A stretch of DNA of 62,460 nucleotides, filler included, from Dugesia japonica (GCA_001938525.1; 6 parts of 6 records of this genome joined end to end with filler, not necessarily neighbours in it); one strand, 5' to 3'. Shown: positions 39,301 to 52,493, counted from the first letter of the whole stretch. Notes: a model not told the origin generated them from the sequence alone. Made by a program: numbers and translations.

Positions 39301-40000
39301 ATAAAAAAGAAATTCATCAGGGTAGCGCAGATATGTTATCTAGAACAAGATGTGAAATTCATATAATATGTCAAATGTCCCACAAATAGGCCAAGAAAGA
39401 AAAGATTAAGATAAGAGTACTAAACACGAATGAAAAGAAAAAAGAGAAATAATTAAACATTTCTGAAGAAAAGGATTCAATAAAGAAAATAAAAATTCCG
39501 AATGACTAAATATGAGAAACACTAGATAAAATACAAAAATTATTATGTCATTTAGGAGTTTAAAAATGTGTACAAATATAAATGATACATACGTTGCGAA
39601 GAATGTGTGGAGCAAAATACGGAAGTTTGTTAGCAAGTGTGAAATTGTTTAGAAGACCAAGATAGCAACAGCAGGACTAAGTAGAAGACGAAGAAATTAG
39701 TAGCTGCGAATTTGTTTTAAGTCGTATTTATAGATATATGTAGGCTAAAGGCAGAAACAATTGGTCGGATAATATGCGTTTTTTGTATGATAGTTTTTTG
39801 TGATGTTCCCGAAGAAGACTATTGTCAAAATTTTGAATTTCTATACAAATAAATTTTATTTTGATTGAAGNTTTTTCTTTATTTTAATGAAATGATAGAT
39901 CAGTTCAGTAATTACGTTGTACTTATAGCATTACAGAAACAAGATGAGGAAACAATAAGAAAATCATTTATTAAGAAGTGAATATTGAAATTTGTATTAT
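36348..40000 (+). mobile_element. highly degraded Ty3/Gypsy gag-pol
   Basis: gag-like GDDIK*FLKRCELYF; protease-like FKCQLYTGAPINVI (~37630); RT ICLDFRQLN, MPFGL, VYLDDILI (~38560); FLGICNY; RNase H-like GYCIT.KELLAV; integrase IDQFSNYVVL (~39895). Confidence 0.85.
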
Positions 40001-41271
40001 AGATACAATCCAAACATGCTTCTATTGGGAAATTTTTAGAATTTATTGATTACATTAAATGCATTGATATCTACGATACTCAGCTAATAATATTTTTTAT
40101 ACTTTATACTTTTTTTAATTTTATTTTTTTTCTTTTGCTTAAATCCTATTCTAACTTATTCTCAATTTTTTCTGAATTTGTATTAAATCTTTGGTGTTAA
40201 ATAACTAATTATGCTTTTGAAGAAAGTTTTTGGCCCCAAAAGAGTCCAATAAAGTGTGTGCTGACAATTGAGGTCTGTGTTGTGTTAGATTCATTTAAGT
40301 CATATTGCTGTTATATATACATATATATATATAAAAATTTTATGTAATAATAATTGAAGAAATTTCAAATAAAAGAAAGAAAATAATTAATTGTTTTAAG
40401 ATTGCTATTTTGTTTTAGAATAAATTTTTCTCTGGATTTACATATAACTTATTAATAAATATTTACAGATGAAAACAGAGAAAATATAGCAGCGACTAAC
40501 ATAACCTAGGAAATTTTACTGTTTTCGCAAATTTAAAGCAATTAACGAATTGTAAACAAGCAAATTATATTATTATTTCAAATAAATTACTAGCTTTTCC
40601 TGTTGGTCTTGACTTAGGAGTTTGGTTTGTTTCTTAAGATTAGATCCGAATTTGAAAAGTTTTATGACTATATTTGTATTTTTAGGTTCTAATTTTGTAA
40701 TATTTTCTTGTTCTGACTTCCAAATTAATTATAATTTTCAAATTCTTAACTTTTATTTAAGTCGACAATATTTTCTTATTCTTGTTTATAGGGAATAATT
40801 TTCCTTTTATAGATTCTTGTTTTATTAATTTTTTTTATTTACTTGTTTCTTAATGGTTTTTTTTAAATTTTCTTGGCCATTTCCAAAATAAATATTTCAA
40901 ATTTCATTTCTGTCAAAAAAATTTTATCAACATAATACCCTTGATAGTTAAATTATTTTATACAAAATATAATACATTATAATACAATATAAAACATTAT
41001 ATAAAACCTATAATATACATCTAATTATCTTTTTACACGGATTTTTTGATAATGTTAAATATATTTTTTAAATAATATATTTTAAAATTACGATTTTTCT
41101 ATTGAGTATAATTGGTNGGAACTTATCTACCATTTTTATATGAAAACCTAATCTTTTTTTGCACGGTTGTGTTTTGGACGTATCTACCGCGTAAAAAGAG
41201 AATTAGGTGTATATGGATACATACCTGATAAAAGTACTTACACAATATATACATACTTTCAAAGCTACAGA

Positions 41272-41386
41272 AGTAGGGGGATAGCGGCGCCACACCCGCA
41301 CATGCACAGCGTTGGGCGGAACCCCCCCCCCGGGGGGGGGCTTGGAAACACATTACGATGAGGGTATGATTTTTGGTGGTATGATT
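41272..41386 (+). mobile_element. Polinton/Maverick-like terminus
   Basis: AGTAGGGGGATAG..GCACA..C9G9-cttggaaacacattacg, homologous to 61660-61740. Confidence 0.5.
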
Positions 41387-41486
41387 NNNNNNNNNNNNNN
41401 NNNNNNNNNNNNNNNNNNNNNNNNNNNNNNTTAATTAATTAANNNNNNNNNNNNNNNNNNNNNNNNNNNNNNNNNNNNNNNNNNNN
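41387..41486. other. artificial scaffold linker
   Basis: 44N-TTAATTAATTAA-44N. Confidence 0.95.
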
Positions 41487-41496
41487 AAAATTTTAA

Positions 41497-41715
41497 CTAA
41501 TCAGAATCGAGTATAATGAGCCACTTTGACCTTGAAAATTCAACCTTGAAATGGATCAGCTAATCAGAATCGAGTATTATTAGCCACTTTGACCTTGAAA
41601 AACAACCTTGAAATGGATCAGCTAATCAGAATTGAGTATAATGAGCCACTTTGACCTTGAAAAAAATTTGACCTTGAGGGGGAGGGGTGGCTATGTGCGC
41701 CAGGATCTATCTACT
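41497..41715 (-). mobile_element. Polinton/Maverick-like terminus with 62-63-bp tandem array
   Basis: Three units ctaatcagaatcgagtataatgagccactttgaccttgaaa..caaccttgaaatggatcag, ending in ...gatctatctact (minus strand AGTAGATAGATC). Confidence 0.55.
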
Positions 41716-42159
41716 CACCAGCTTGCAATGATGAAAAATCTAATAAAGAAGAAGTCACGAAAATAAGAAAACATACTACAACGACACTAAAACTTAGAAA
41801 CTCAATTTATTGTTAGTAGTTAGATTCCAAGCAGTTAAAAGCAACTAGTTATCTCAAAGCTAATTTGGATAACTGATTAACGCTATTATCGAAAGAGAGA
41901 AGAGTAAATTAAAAAAAGGGATTTTCTTTGTTATATAAATTAACTCTCTTTTTGCATGCTTCCTGCATAAGAACTGAGGATGACTCATCAGTCACCTTCA
42001 ATGCCAAAAATGAGTGAAATGAAATTTTGTTAAAGTTGTATAGCATACTAAGATGAAGAAATATCAAATGAAAACATGTTTGTTCGAAGATTAAAATTTA
42101 CCCGTCAGTTATCTTCGGCTAGTCCAATAAGGAAATAGTCGGATTAATTGTAATTTCGG

Positions 42160-42556
42160 TAATATTTATGGATCATAGGAGTGGGTACTGGCAAGATCAA
42201 GAAGAAAGATAGGAAGTAAACAACATTTTCAGCAGTAAAAGACCTATACCAATTCATCAGAATGCCATTTAGACTAACTAAAGCCCCAGCGTATTTTCAA
42301 CGTTGTATGAATATAAATGAAATCCCACATAGTATGGTATATATAGATGACTTGCTAATATATTCGGCAACATTCGAAGAACACCTTGCTGATATCAGAA
42401 AAGTATTTGTACAACTTAGAAAATATGATTTGAAAGTTAAACCAACAAAATTTAAATGGGCAAAGAACAAGTTTACTTATTTAGGACACTTAATCACAGA
42501 CAAAGGTAAAGAACCCGATCCGAGGAATACCGCAAAAATCAGAGAATTCTCAGCAC
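42160..42556 (+). mobile_element. pol: Ty3/Gypsy reverse transcriptase fragment
   Basis: SGYWQ, MPFRL..APAYFQRCM, VYIDDLLIYS, YLGHLIT.KG..PDP. Confidence 0.9.
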
Positions 42557-44150
42557 CTAACTTGTTTTTATTATTTCTTCTATTAATTGAAACTTTTTAT
42601 ATGTTCCATCTTTTAAATCATTCTTTATCTGTTCAATTTCTTCTACGTTACTTTGCCATTTATATGTATCTGAATCTGTTATACCATTAATTGTTCTTGT
42701 CTTTATTTTTCCTTCCTTTGGATTCTCATGATATGTTAAGCATTTTACACACGTACCACAATTCATTTTCGACTGCATATCTGCATTCATGTGTTTCACA
42801 CCTTGTCTAAATTTTAATACCATATCTAGGCTACTAAGAAAATTCATTTAAGTCTGAAATTGCGGAGTAATTGGCTTGTGTGTCTTTTTCATAAATGCTA
42901 TCGCTGTGTGATCTGTTATCACCAAAAATCTTTTTCCATACAGATAATGTTTAAAATCGTTACATAAATAGTAAATGGCCAATAATTCTTTTCTTGTTAT
43001 ACAATATCCCTTTTCATGAGCTGACATGGCATGTGACTCATATGAAATGACTTGTTCTACACCTGTTCCATCTATTTGCGATAAAACTCCTCCGATGGCA
43101 TCAAAGCTCGCATCTGTATCTAGTACAAACATCTTTTTGATATCGGGAAAACTCAATATCGGTGCTTTTGTTAATGCCTCTTTCATCTCATTAAAAGCTT
43201 TATCACAACTTTCCGACCACACAAGTTTTGTATTATTACTTCTACATAGCTCTTCTAAGCTTCTAGCTTTCTTTGAGTAATTATTGATAAGCCGTCTATA
43301 GTAGTTGCATATTCCTAAAAAGCTTCTCAAGTTCTTTACACATTTAGGTCTTCCGAAATTTTGTATAGCTTCAATTTTTGTTGGATCAGTTTGAATTCCA
43401 TTCTTATCTATGTCATGTCCTAAAATTTGACTTCTGCTCGCAGTAAAATACATTTTCCGGATAAATTCTAAATCCTGATTCTTGATTCTTTTAAAAACTT
43501 GGTTTAAATTTCTATAGTGCTGCTCTAGATTTTCCGAAAATATCAATATATCATTCATGTATACCATCGTTCCTCTCAATCTTCCTAAGACTTTTGTCAT
43601 TAGTTCTTGAAACGTTCCAGGTGCTGCAGCTATACCAAAAGGCATTCTTGGGAAACAATACTGTCCATTTTTCGTAGAAAATGCTGTTTTCTCTTGTGAA
43701 TATTTATTTAACGGAACTTGATAATATGCATTACCAAAATCAATAGTACTAAAATATCTAGCACCACAAAAAAATGTCTAGTATTTCCTCTACATTGAGC
43801 ATCGGAAATGCCTGTCTTTCTGTGATTGTATTCAGTTTTCTAAAATCAAGATATAATCTAACGTCTTTCCTTTCTTTTTTCCAAGCACATATTAACGGAG
43901 TGTTCCATTGAGAATTACACTTCCTAATAATGCCATTGTCAAACAAATTCTTGGTAGCTTCATCTATCTTATTCTCTAAATGCATTGGTTGTCTCCATGG
44001 TTTCGTATTTATTGGTTCTCCATTTGTGATTATTTGATGTTCTGCCATTGTTGTTCTGCCGATATCCCAGTGGTCTGCCATGAATATTCCTTTACGAATC
44101 ATTATAACTTTCTCTAAATTCTCATTTGGTTTGTTAATCAATATTTTTAT
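42557..44150 (-). mobile_element. pol: Ty3/Gypsy RT-RNase H fragment (same family as 36348-40000)
   Basis: IIRKCNSQWNTP, LYLDFRKLN, GNAYYQV, MPFGIAAAPGTFQ, YMND, LRSFLGICNYYRR, LDTDASFDAIGGVLSQ, YCITRKELLAI, TDH, HMNAD. Confidence 0.95.
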
Positions 44151-44179
44151 TGCTCTCTAAACTCTTCAAATCAGTTTAC

Positions 44180-44655
44180 ATTGCAATCATCTCATTCTCG
44201 TCTCGCTTTCATCATTCAATTTATATTGTAAGGATCTCATTTTGTCCCGTTTCCACAAATAAAGTTACCGTGCCATAATCTCAATTTTTTTCCAATTTAA
44301 TCATTCAATTTATGTCGTACTAATCTTATTTTATCTCTCGTTTTGACTAGGCAATTTACGTTATAATAATTGCATTTTTCTCTTGTTGAAGCTATGCAAT
44401 TTACATTATAATAATCTCATTTTTTTCTCCAGTTTCGGCTATTTAATTTTCGTTGTAATAATCTCATGTTTTCTCTCTTGTTTCAATCAGGCAATTTACT
44501 TTATAATAATCTTATTTTCTTTTCGTGGTTCGACCATGCAATTTACGCTGTCATAATTTCATTTTGTCTCGTTTCGACCAGGCAATTTAAGTTATAATAT
44601 TCTCATTTTTTCTCTTGTTTTGACCATACAATTTACGTTGTAATAATCTCATGAT
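44180..44655. repeat. degenerate minisatellite, ~45-47-bp unit, ~10 copies
   Basis: Unit ttataataatctcattttt-ctc-gtttcgacca-gcaatttacg. Confidence 0.85.
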
Positions 44656-46499
44656 TTTTCATCCGATTATTTACAGAGTATACTCAGACATTTAGATTAA
44701 TATATTAATGAAGGTTATTATAATTAAATTAAAATTTACTCTTTCGTTTTCCAAATGGATTTAGACCTTTTCAAAATTAATGTTTGTTAAAAGGTAATTA
44801 TGAAATAGTAATTGTACTAAGGCATATTTTTAAAAAAAATTAGGTATTAAAATTATGCTCTTTTCTCTTCGAGTAACCCAGTTTTATTGCTACTGGCGTA
44901 CAGGAAAAATGAGCAACGACAATATTCTCATTTTACCGCCACTGATTGGAGGCAAGCTTTTGTTTGCTCGGTGTGTCACTTTTTTTCTTGCACTGCACAC
45001 CCTCTTTTTGTACTGACTTTTATTTTGTCAAAGGGACTCGTCTGGTTACTATGCGAAGTCTTTGTCTGAATCAAGGTGAGTAACTTGTTTTGTTACTAAT
45101 TCTGGATTTTATTTCACCCTAATCAGACATTGACTGATGACTAGACCAGATTTAATTAATTGCATAATAATATTAAACGGAAAATTCCTTTATTTATAAT
45201 GAATAAAACAGGTAGTACAGACCCTTCTAATATAATATTATACTATAGTATATTATTTTTATTACTTAATATTTTATTTCCTTTTCTTCCATATAATTTT
45301 TACTTATGTGTCACAAAATTTGGGTTTTCTATGCCCAATTTTCAATTTTCGATATTTTTATAATAATTTTAAATTATCTAATGCTTAATAAAAATTTCAA
45401 TTAAAATAATTTAAAGTTATAAATTAATTACCTATTTTTATTAAGGTTAAAGATTGACGATTTTTAACCATGTTATTCTTACTTAGCATAAAATTCTCTA
45501 TCTAATAGCTAATTTGATGCTTAAATTTGATTTAAGTTTTTATTTTTATTGATACTCGATTTTAATTTTAAAAAGCATAATTTTAACTATTTATTTGAAA
45601 GATTTTTCTAAAATTAATTTTTTTTCACATAACTTCAAGTTGTATGTACATTTACTGATAATTATTTGAAAATTAATAAATCCATCATATTTAATCTATT
45701 TTATCAATTATATGAGTTATTTCCAATAATTGTTTAGAAATTATTTCAAAATTATCAATGCTTAATAAAAAAATTTCTATTATAAATTAAACATTAATTA
45801 AAAATACATGTGAAATTTAATTTGATTTTAAAATATATCAAAGTTCCATCAATTTTTAATAAACATTTTCTATTATAATTTTAATTTAATCATAAGAATA
45901 TATACATGAAATGTAATTTATTTTCAAATTACATTTAAAAATATATTCAAAACATAATTCAATTCACCAATAAAAGCATAGTTTTAATCAAATCACGCAT
46001 TAAACATTAATCAATTCATTATACTTAATTTATTCAATCAATTATAGGAGATATTTTCAACAAATAAATACAAATCTTTCAAAATTATCAATACTTAATA
46101 AAAAATTCCTATTCTAAATTAAGTTTTAATTAAATATTTCCGATAAAAATAGAACACAAATTAAAATACACATTATCTAATTAAATTAATCAAAATTACA
46201 AGTAACAATATAGAACAGGTAAAATAATTAAATATTGATTAAACAATATATTTACCACTAATTAATATTATCAAATAGCAAAGGAAAACTAGTAAATGAT
46301 AGAAAAGACCTACAAAGAGTGAGAAAACCGTTGATAATTAATGATCAGTGCACTGCTAGCAGAGTTTTGATGACTGAAATCTAGTGCACAGCTCTAAGAG
46401 CTTTGATAACTGAAGACTGGTGAACAGGGAAATTTCATACAAATTTATCTAAAGAACTACTCAAAATTGATCATACTGAACAAATTATCATATTTTTAT

Positions 46500-47750
46500 A
46501 TTCCTCGGGATTCCCAAATTAAGTACTTGTTTTTTCAATATAACTTTTATCTATAAGATTTGATGATTTTAGGTTAATTTATTTTTAATCAGTGTAGAAT
46601 TCTCTATCAAATAGACTGGTTTTAATTAAATTTGAGATACTTTTTATTTTTAATTATTAATTGAGAAATAAAAACTTTTTTCTTTTTCAAAGTAATTTGA
46701 TTTGACAACTTTTTACCGTATATATTCTTGATCAGTAAAACATTCTCTATCTAATAGTACTTGGATCATTAAATTTGGATGAAAATTATAAAAAATAACT
46801 TTATTTGTGTCGATTAAGCGTAATCGGAATTTTTGACTATTTTTTTCGAATTTTCTTTGTTAAAAGTTTGATGGTTTTTAGGTGATGTTTTTCGTGATCA
46901 GTAAAAAATTTTCTATCGAATAATGTATGTTTTGCTACGATTTTAGAAGAAAAAATTTTCAAAAATTGTCAAAAAATCTTATGTTTATCTCATTTTTATT
47001 AGTCCCAGACAAGATTTGATAATTTCTAACTAGATAAGTTCTAATCAGCGTGAAATTCTCTATTGAGTAGACTATGTTATAATTAGATTTCAGTTACCTT
47101 TTTTAAAATTCATAATTTACTCCGGACTCCCAAAATGAAGTACATTTTTTTCTAAATAACTTTCTATGTAAAGGGTTTAACGATTTTCAGTCTATATATT
47201 TAGAATCAGTGAACGTTTCTCTATTGAATAGATATCTTGTTGACTAATTTTGAGATACTGTTTTCTTTTTTCGAAAAAGTTACGAAATCCAAGAGGATAA
47301 CTGTATATCTTCATTATGAAGCAATTTGTCCGAGACGATATTTTAACTTTGTATAGTCACTTTTTTTTCCTGAATAAAATAATACCAAATTTGAAACCAT
47401 ACGAGTTATGTACGCAGAGAAAATTGAGCATCAAAATTCAAAATTTTGAGATTTTTCTCGAGGAAAAATTTGACCAATTCACCCAAAAATTACCCAAACC
47501 GAGCAATCACGAGGAAATATTGGACCAATTTCACCTTAATCACCGAAAAGTTATCAATCCCGAGGAAATATTGGACCAAATTTATCTGCACCAACCAAAA
47601 ATAAACTTCATTCGACCTCACCAAGAAAACGTTCTACCAATTTCACATAAACCAATCAAAAATCGACCTTATTTCACCTCACCGAGGAAATTTTGGACAA
47701 AAACCACCTAAAACCAATAAAAATTTGACCTCATTCGACCTCACCGAATA
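46500..47750. mobile_element. dispersed repeat, same family as 9620-10515
   Basis: Repeated tttgatgattttagg..atcagt..aaattctctat blocks followed by cgaggaaat..gaccaa repeats. Confidence 0.7.
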
Positions 47751-47754
47751 AATT

Positions 47755-48235
47755 CCCAACTAAAAAGTCTAAAAAATATTGCTGCTTAAAAATCCTGAAA
47801 AAGTTTCCCAACTAAATACACAGGGGAATTACAAAAACACTTTCCGCCTAATAAGCTTAAAATATTTCCCCAACTAAACACACAGGGAAAAATCACACCA
47901 AATTACCGCTTAAAAAGCCTAAAAAATTTTCCCAACTAAATACACAAGGAAAAAATCACACCAATTAATCCTATTACGTAAACTTTCATCGATGAAATCA
48001 ATCTTATGGCATAATTTGTGTGCAAAAAAATTTTCCAACTAAATACACAGGGAAAATCATATCAAATTACGTAATAATCTCGCGACGAAATTAATTACAT
48101 TATGTAATGCACACAAATGTGTGCCGCCTATTTACATTGGAAAAATACAGCCTCACTTATATAATAACCCAATTACGTAAAGGGGCGAAGGGCTTACTAA
48201 ATGTGTGTGGTGTGGTGCGGTACTATCTATCTACT
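47755..48235 (-). mobile_element. Polinton/Maverick-like terminus with ~60-bp array and TTACGTAA motifs
   Basis: cccaactaaatacacagggaaaa units; ttacgtaa at ~47974, 48067, 48173; ends tactatctatctact (minus strand AGTAGATAGATAGTA). Confidence 0.55.
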
Positions 48236-48292
48236 ATGCATATCTTAAAAAATGTAAATAGATTTCATAAGTATAGATTAAATTATTACTAA

Positions 48293-48354
<62 letters not shown>

Positions 48355-48959
48355 NNNNNNNNNNNNNNNNNNNNNNNNNNNNNNNNNNNNNNNNNNNNNN
48401 NNNNNNNNNNNNNNNNNNNNNNNNNNNNNNNNNNNNNNNNNNNNNNNNNNNNNNNNNNNNNNNNNNNNNNNNNNNNNNNNNNNNNNNNNNNNNNNNNNNN
48501 NNNNNNNNNNNNNNNNNNNNNNNNNNNNNNNNNNNNGTAATATAAGTATTGGGCTAGAACGCAAAACATTTGGGTTATACAAGTTTTAAAAATTTGTAAA
48601 AAGTTTTTCAAAAGCAGTGAAGAATAGACACAAAAAGTTGTTACTGAACCAGAAATTCAACTTTTATAATTATTAGAAATCTGTAAAACAAGTCAAACTG
48701 TTCCATTGCGCTACTACCTTTTCCCAGAGAATCAAGCCTTTTTAAACAACAAACCCTATACAAAAAATTTTCACATTTCAATTCTAAGACGATCGATACC
48801 AAATTCAAAAGCATATGACAAAAATTGATAGAAATATTGAAAGTTAGGATTTTAACCTTCAACCTTCCAGAGGAAATATTCAACCGTTCCAAACTGAATT
48901 CGTAATGACTAATCAAAATACTAACACAGTTACTAATCTGAGTGGATAGCTAACTATTT

Positions 48960-49330
48960 TTGTTAGGAAGCATTTTTCTCGAGACGATAATTTAACTTTG
49001 TTCAGTCAGTTTTTTAATTCCGAATACAATAATTTCCAATTTTAAGTCATGTGTGTTATGTATGTTAAGAAAATTGAGCGCCAAAATTCAAAATTTGTAA
49101 ATTTTTCGAGACAGAACGTCGTTTATTTCCTCCGGGAAATTTCTTTCGGATAAACATGGTGATTTAAAGTTTTAAGACTAAAATATATTTTCGAAAAGTG
49201 CTTCTCATCGAATTCTGCATCGATTGATGTAAAATATCTCAATACAAAAAAATTTTCAAAAACTTTGGGTTGTTCTTCCGGATTCCCATAAATAATTTGA
49301 ATTAAAAATTTAAGAATACCAGAATTTTAT
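48960..49330. mobile_element. dispersed repeat, same family as 9620-10515
   Basis: gagacgataatttaactttg..agtca, aaattgagcg, aattctgcatcgattgatgtaaaa. Confidence 0.7.
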
Positions 49331-51459
49331 ATTATTTAAACAAAAATGAGCTTTTCCGTGAATTTTTATTGATTTCGTTAAAAATAGTAAAACACATCAA
49401 ATTTGTCTAAAACCCCTAAAATACTACGTCACATATACTAAAATACATCGAGTTTTTACATCATGAAGTACTGGAACACATAATTTCTCTAAAACATATA
49501 CAGTATTGCGCCAGTGGGTGTGGACTGTTCCAGTGCGCTACTTAACCTCTAGTTTCACTAAGGGGTTGCAGCAGTGCTGTCCTATTTATTTACTTATTTA
49601 AAAACTGTCGTATATGACGTTTTGTAAGGACTCTGCTTTACTGTGAGAATACGAATGGTGTTCGAATAGAGAGACACAACAGAATACTTATTCAGACTTT
49701 TCCTAGATGGCTACATATTTGTTTCAGGAATTTGTACCTGAAAGAAACACTGATGGATAATCTTTCAAGTAATAATTTTAGAACTTTAATATCGAAAATA
49801 TTCTGATTTTAGGAAATGAAAACAATGAAAATTTTAACACAAAGACTTGATATTTCTTTCTAATTTCTTAACTTTTCTGCAAAAATAGAAACACTAAATT
49901 TTTTTTGTTTCTTGAAAAGCAAGATTTTATTTTTTCCTATTGACGGAAGGATAATCTCCCCATATTGTTGTCCATTAATTATGTCAACAATTTTCACGCA
50001 ATTTTTAACTTCCTCCACTTTTGTCAACAACTGGTAACTTTTTGTGACGCTTTTAATAAAATAATGTCAACAAATGATTAACCCCATACCCAAATTAACA
50101 ATGTTCTAACTGATTTGATTTATTAAATTTATAATTAAAAAATTGTTGGTGTCAATTTATCTTGGACACCTTCCTCCCCTTTGTAAACAATTGTCAAACT
50201 TTTGCAAACCATTCTTTCCGATTTTGTTGACAATAACATTTAAAATATTTATTGGCAATTAGATTTATCATTTTCAATAAATGAATTTCATTTTAATCTA
50301 TCATGTTTAAATCAGGTTTTCGAGAAAATGTAATAATTCAAACAAAATTCTGTTAAGAATTTCCAAATGTCAATAAACTGTTAATACAATTCAATTATGT
50401 TTATTTTTACACTAGTATTATAAATAGAATCGGATTATTAAAATCATAAGATTAAATTTATAAAGAAATTTATAGAATTATCCCATCGAAAGCACAAAAT
50501 TCAAATTCCCATTCGAATGATGTATTTAAAATCGAAGAAATTTTAGTTTTGTTTAGGTAATTTTTGTTTATTAAGAGTTCTGCAGTATTTGAACTGAAAC
50601 ACACTTGGATAGATAAATTAACTTCAACAGGTACAGTAGAGCGTCAATGTGTGTGTTTATTGTGTGCTCTCTGCATCTTCACTTTACGAATATTATTGTG
50701 TGTTTGGTAATTCAAGTCTGAGTGCCTAAGCTTGTTTGTATGCTTTATTTATCTAACTATATTAAGCAAACGTGCTCTATTTTGGTATTACTATTCTCCA
50801 ACAATAAAATAGCAGTCATTGTTACCGACAAATGAAAAATGAATTTTCTTTCAATTCCATTTTGATTTTCTATTGGTTTAATTAATTATTTATAAATATG
50901 AATGTGTTGAAGAAACAATTGAGGATTCCAAGCAGCTTCACAGGTATGAAAAAAGCTGTTTCAATAACGAATCTATCGGATAGCTCAGTTACGATTTGTT
51001 AGTTTATTTTGCACTATTTTAATATGGTTTTTTTTTATTAAAATAATCAAGAGAACATTCAAAATAGTTTTAATTACTCAGTTGTTTTTCTTTGAGTTAT
51101 TGAAATTATTTTTTAAATATAGACTAATTGGAAAAAAAATTAAGAAATGAAATTATATATGTACACTTAAACGAATTAATAATTATTTAATATATTAAAA
51201 AATTATGATTTATAAATCAACCTAAAGAAAAATTCAAAATAACATCATTTTCTGTTTTTCTTTTATAATAAAAATAATACTGAAAAAAATAGAAAATTAT
51301 TCACACTGATTATCAAAGGGAGAAGTTTAAAAATAAATATTTCATCAAGGAAAATATAGATTATATTCATAGTAAAATTCATTTAATATAATGTATAATT
51401 CAGCATACTATTGATTTATAATTTTTAACTTTACTGAGGGGCATCTGGGTTCATCAAAC

Positions 51460-51979
51460 CAGTTCTGGCTTTACACCCTGCGGTGTCCTAGGGTAAATTT
51501 TTTCAGGCATCCTTATATTTGATATTAATTCCAGTAATAAATGAAGAACTAAATACACAAGGGTCGTAAATTATTTTTTGTCGACATTTTATTTGACTTT
51601 CATTTCACAATATTTCTGCCCTCATATTTAATTTTCCGGAAAGCAATTCTATTATCTGGAAAAAAACTAATTTTACTTATTCTCCGAAAAACAATTCGTC
51701 CTTTTATAAAAGTCTGGAAATGGACACGATATTATTAAGGAAAGAAAGAGTGCGCTTATACTTCAAATATTTCGCAAAATGCTTCGTGATAAACTCAAGA
51801 ACAAGTTTAAACCACAAATTTCTTTTTATATGATATGAATGTTAAATATTGAAAGAGCTCAATGTGTTTCTTGTGTATAAATATTTTATATGATAATTTA
51901 AAAAAATATTCTGAGCAACGTAGACCACCTTCGGTGTCACTAGCTCATTTCACGCCGCCACCTACTAAGACTGGCACTG
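51460..51979. mobile_element. possible non-autonomous hAT
   Basis: Imperfect ends cagttctggcttta / taagactggcactg with GC-rich subtermini; TSD not evident. Confidence 0.35.
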
Positions 51980-52493
51980 CTTCGGAACAATGCATTTATT
52001 GCATGACTTTTAATTTTTAATAGCCATACTTTTAGATTAAATTAAATTATAATTTAAAAAAATTCTCTATTAATTAAATTAAGAATTTTAGTCAATATTT
52101 TTATAAAATCCAAAAGTTGTCGAAAAACTTCATTCAGTTTGCTATTTTTTGTTGATTGTATCCAATTATCAAATTGCTTTTTGGAATTTTTGTTTACATT
52201 TTTAAATAAATATTTAATTATTCTCTCGCCCCCATTTATTTCAATTAGAATGAATGAATTTAATGGNNNNNNNNNNNNNNNNNNNNNNNNNNNNNNNNNN
52301 NNNNNNNNNNNNNNNNNNNNNNNNNNNNNNNNNNNNNNNNNNNNNNCCCCAACTCTAGATTTTTGGAAATTTTGAAAAACGATTTAAAGAAAATCTCCAT
52401 AAAATTCATAAAGAATCTGATAACTGTTTTTATAAGCAAATCATTGAAGAATTTTCTAAACATTCAGTTGAAGAATGAATTTTTTCTTTATAA

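Noticed and set aside
36348-40000. Alternative genetic code to explain many in-frame stops
   Set aside because: All three stop types and frameshifts occur, and host exons are stop-free; neutral decay explains it
41497-41680. CRISPR-like array (also 44180-44655, 47755-48065, 52715-53030)
   Set aside because: No unique spacers, degenerate units, no cas genes, eukaryotic context
41272-41715. Two facing AGTAG ends as one small complete element
   Set aside because: They lie across an artificial linker and their subterminal sequences differ
48641-48916. 91-aa ORF or spliced exons
   Set aside because: No consistent splice model or recognisable motif
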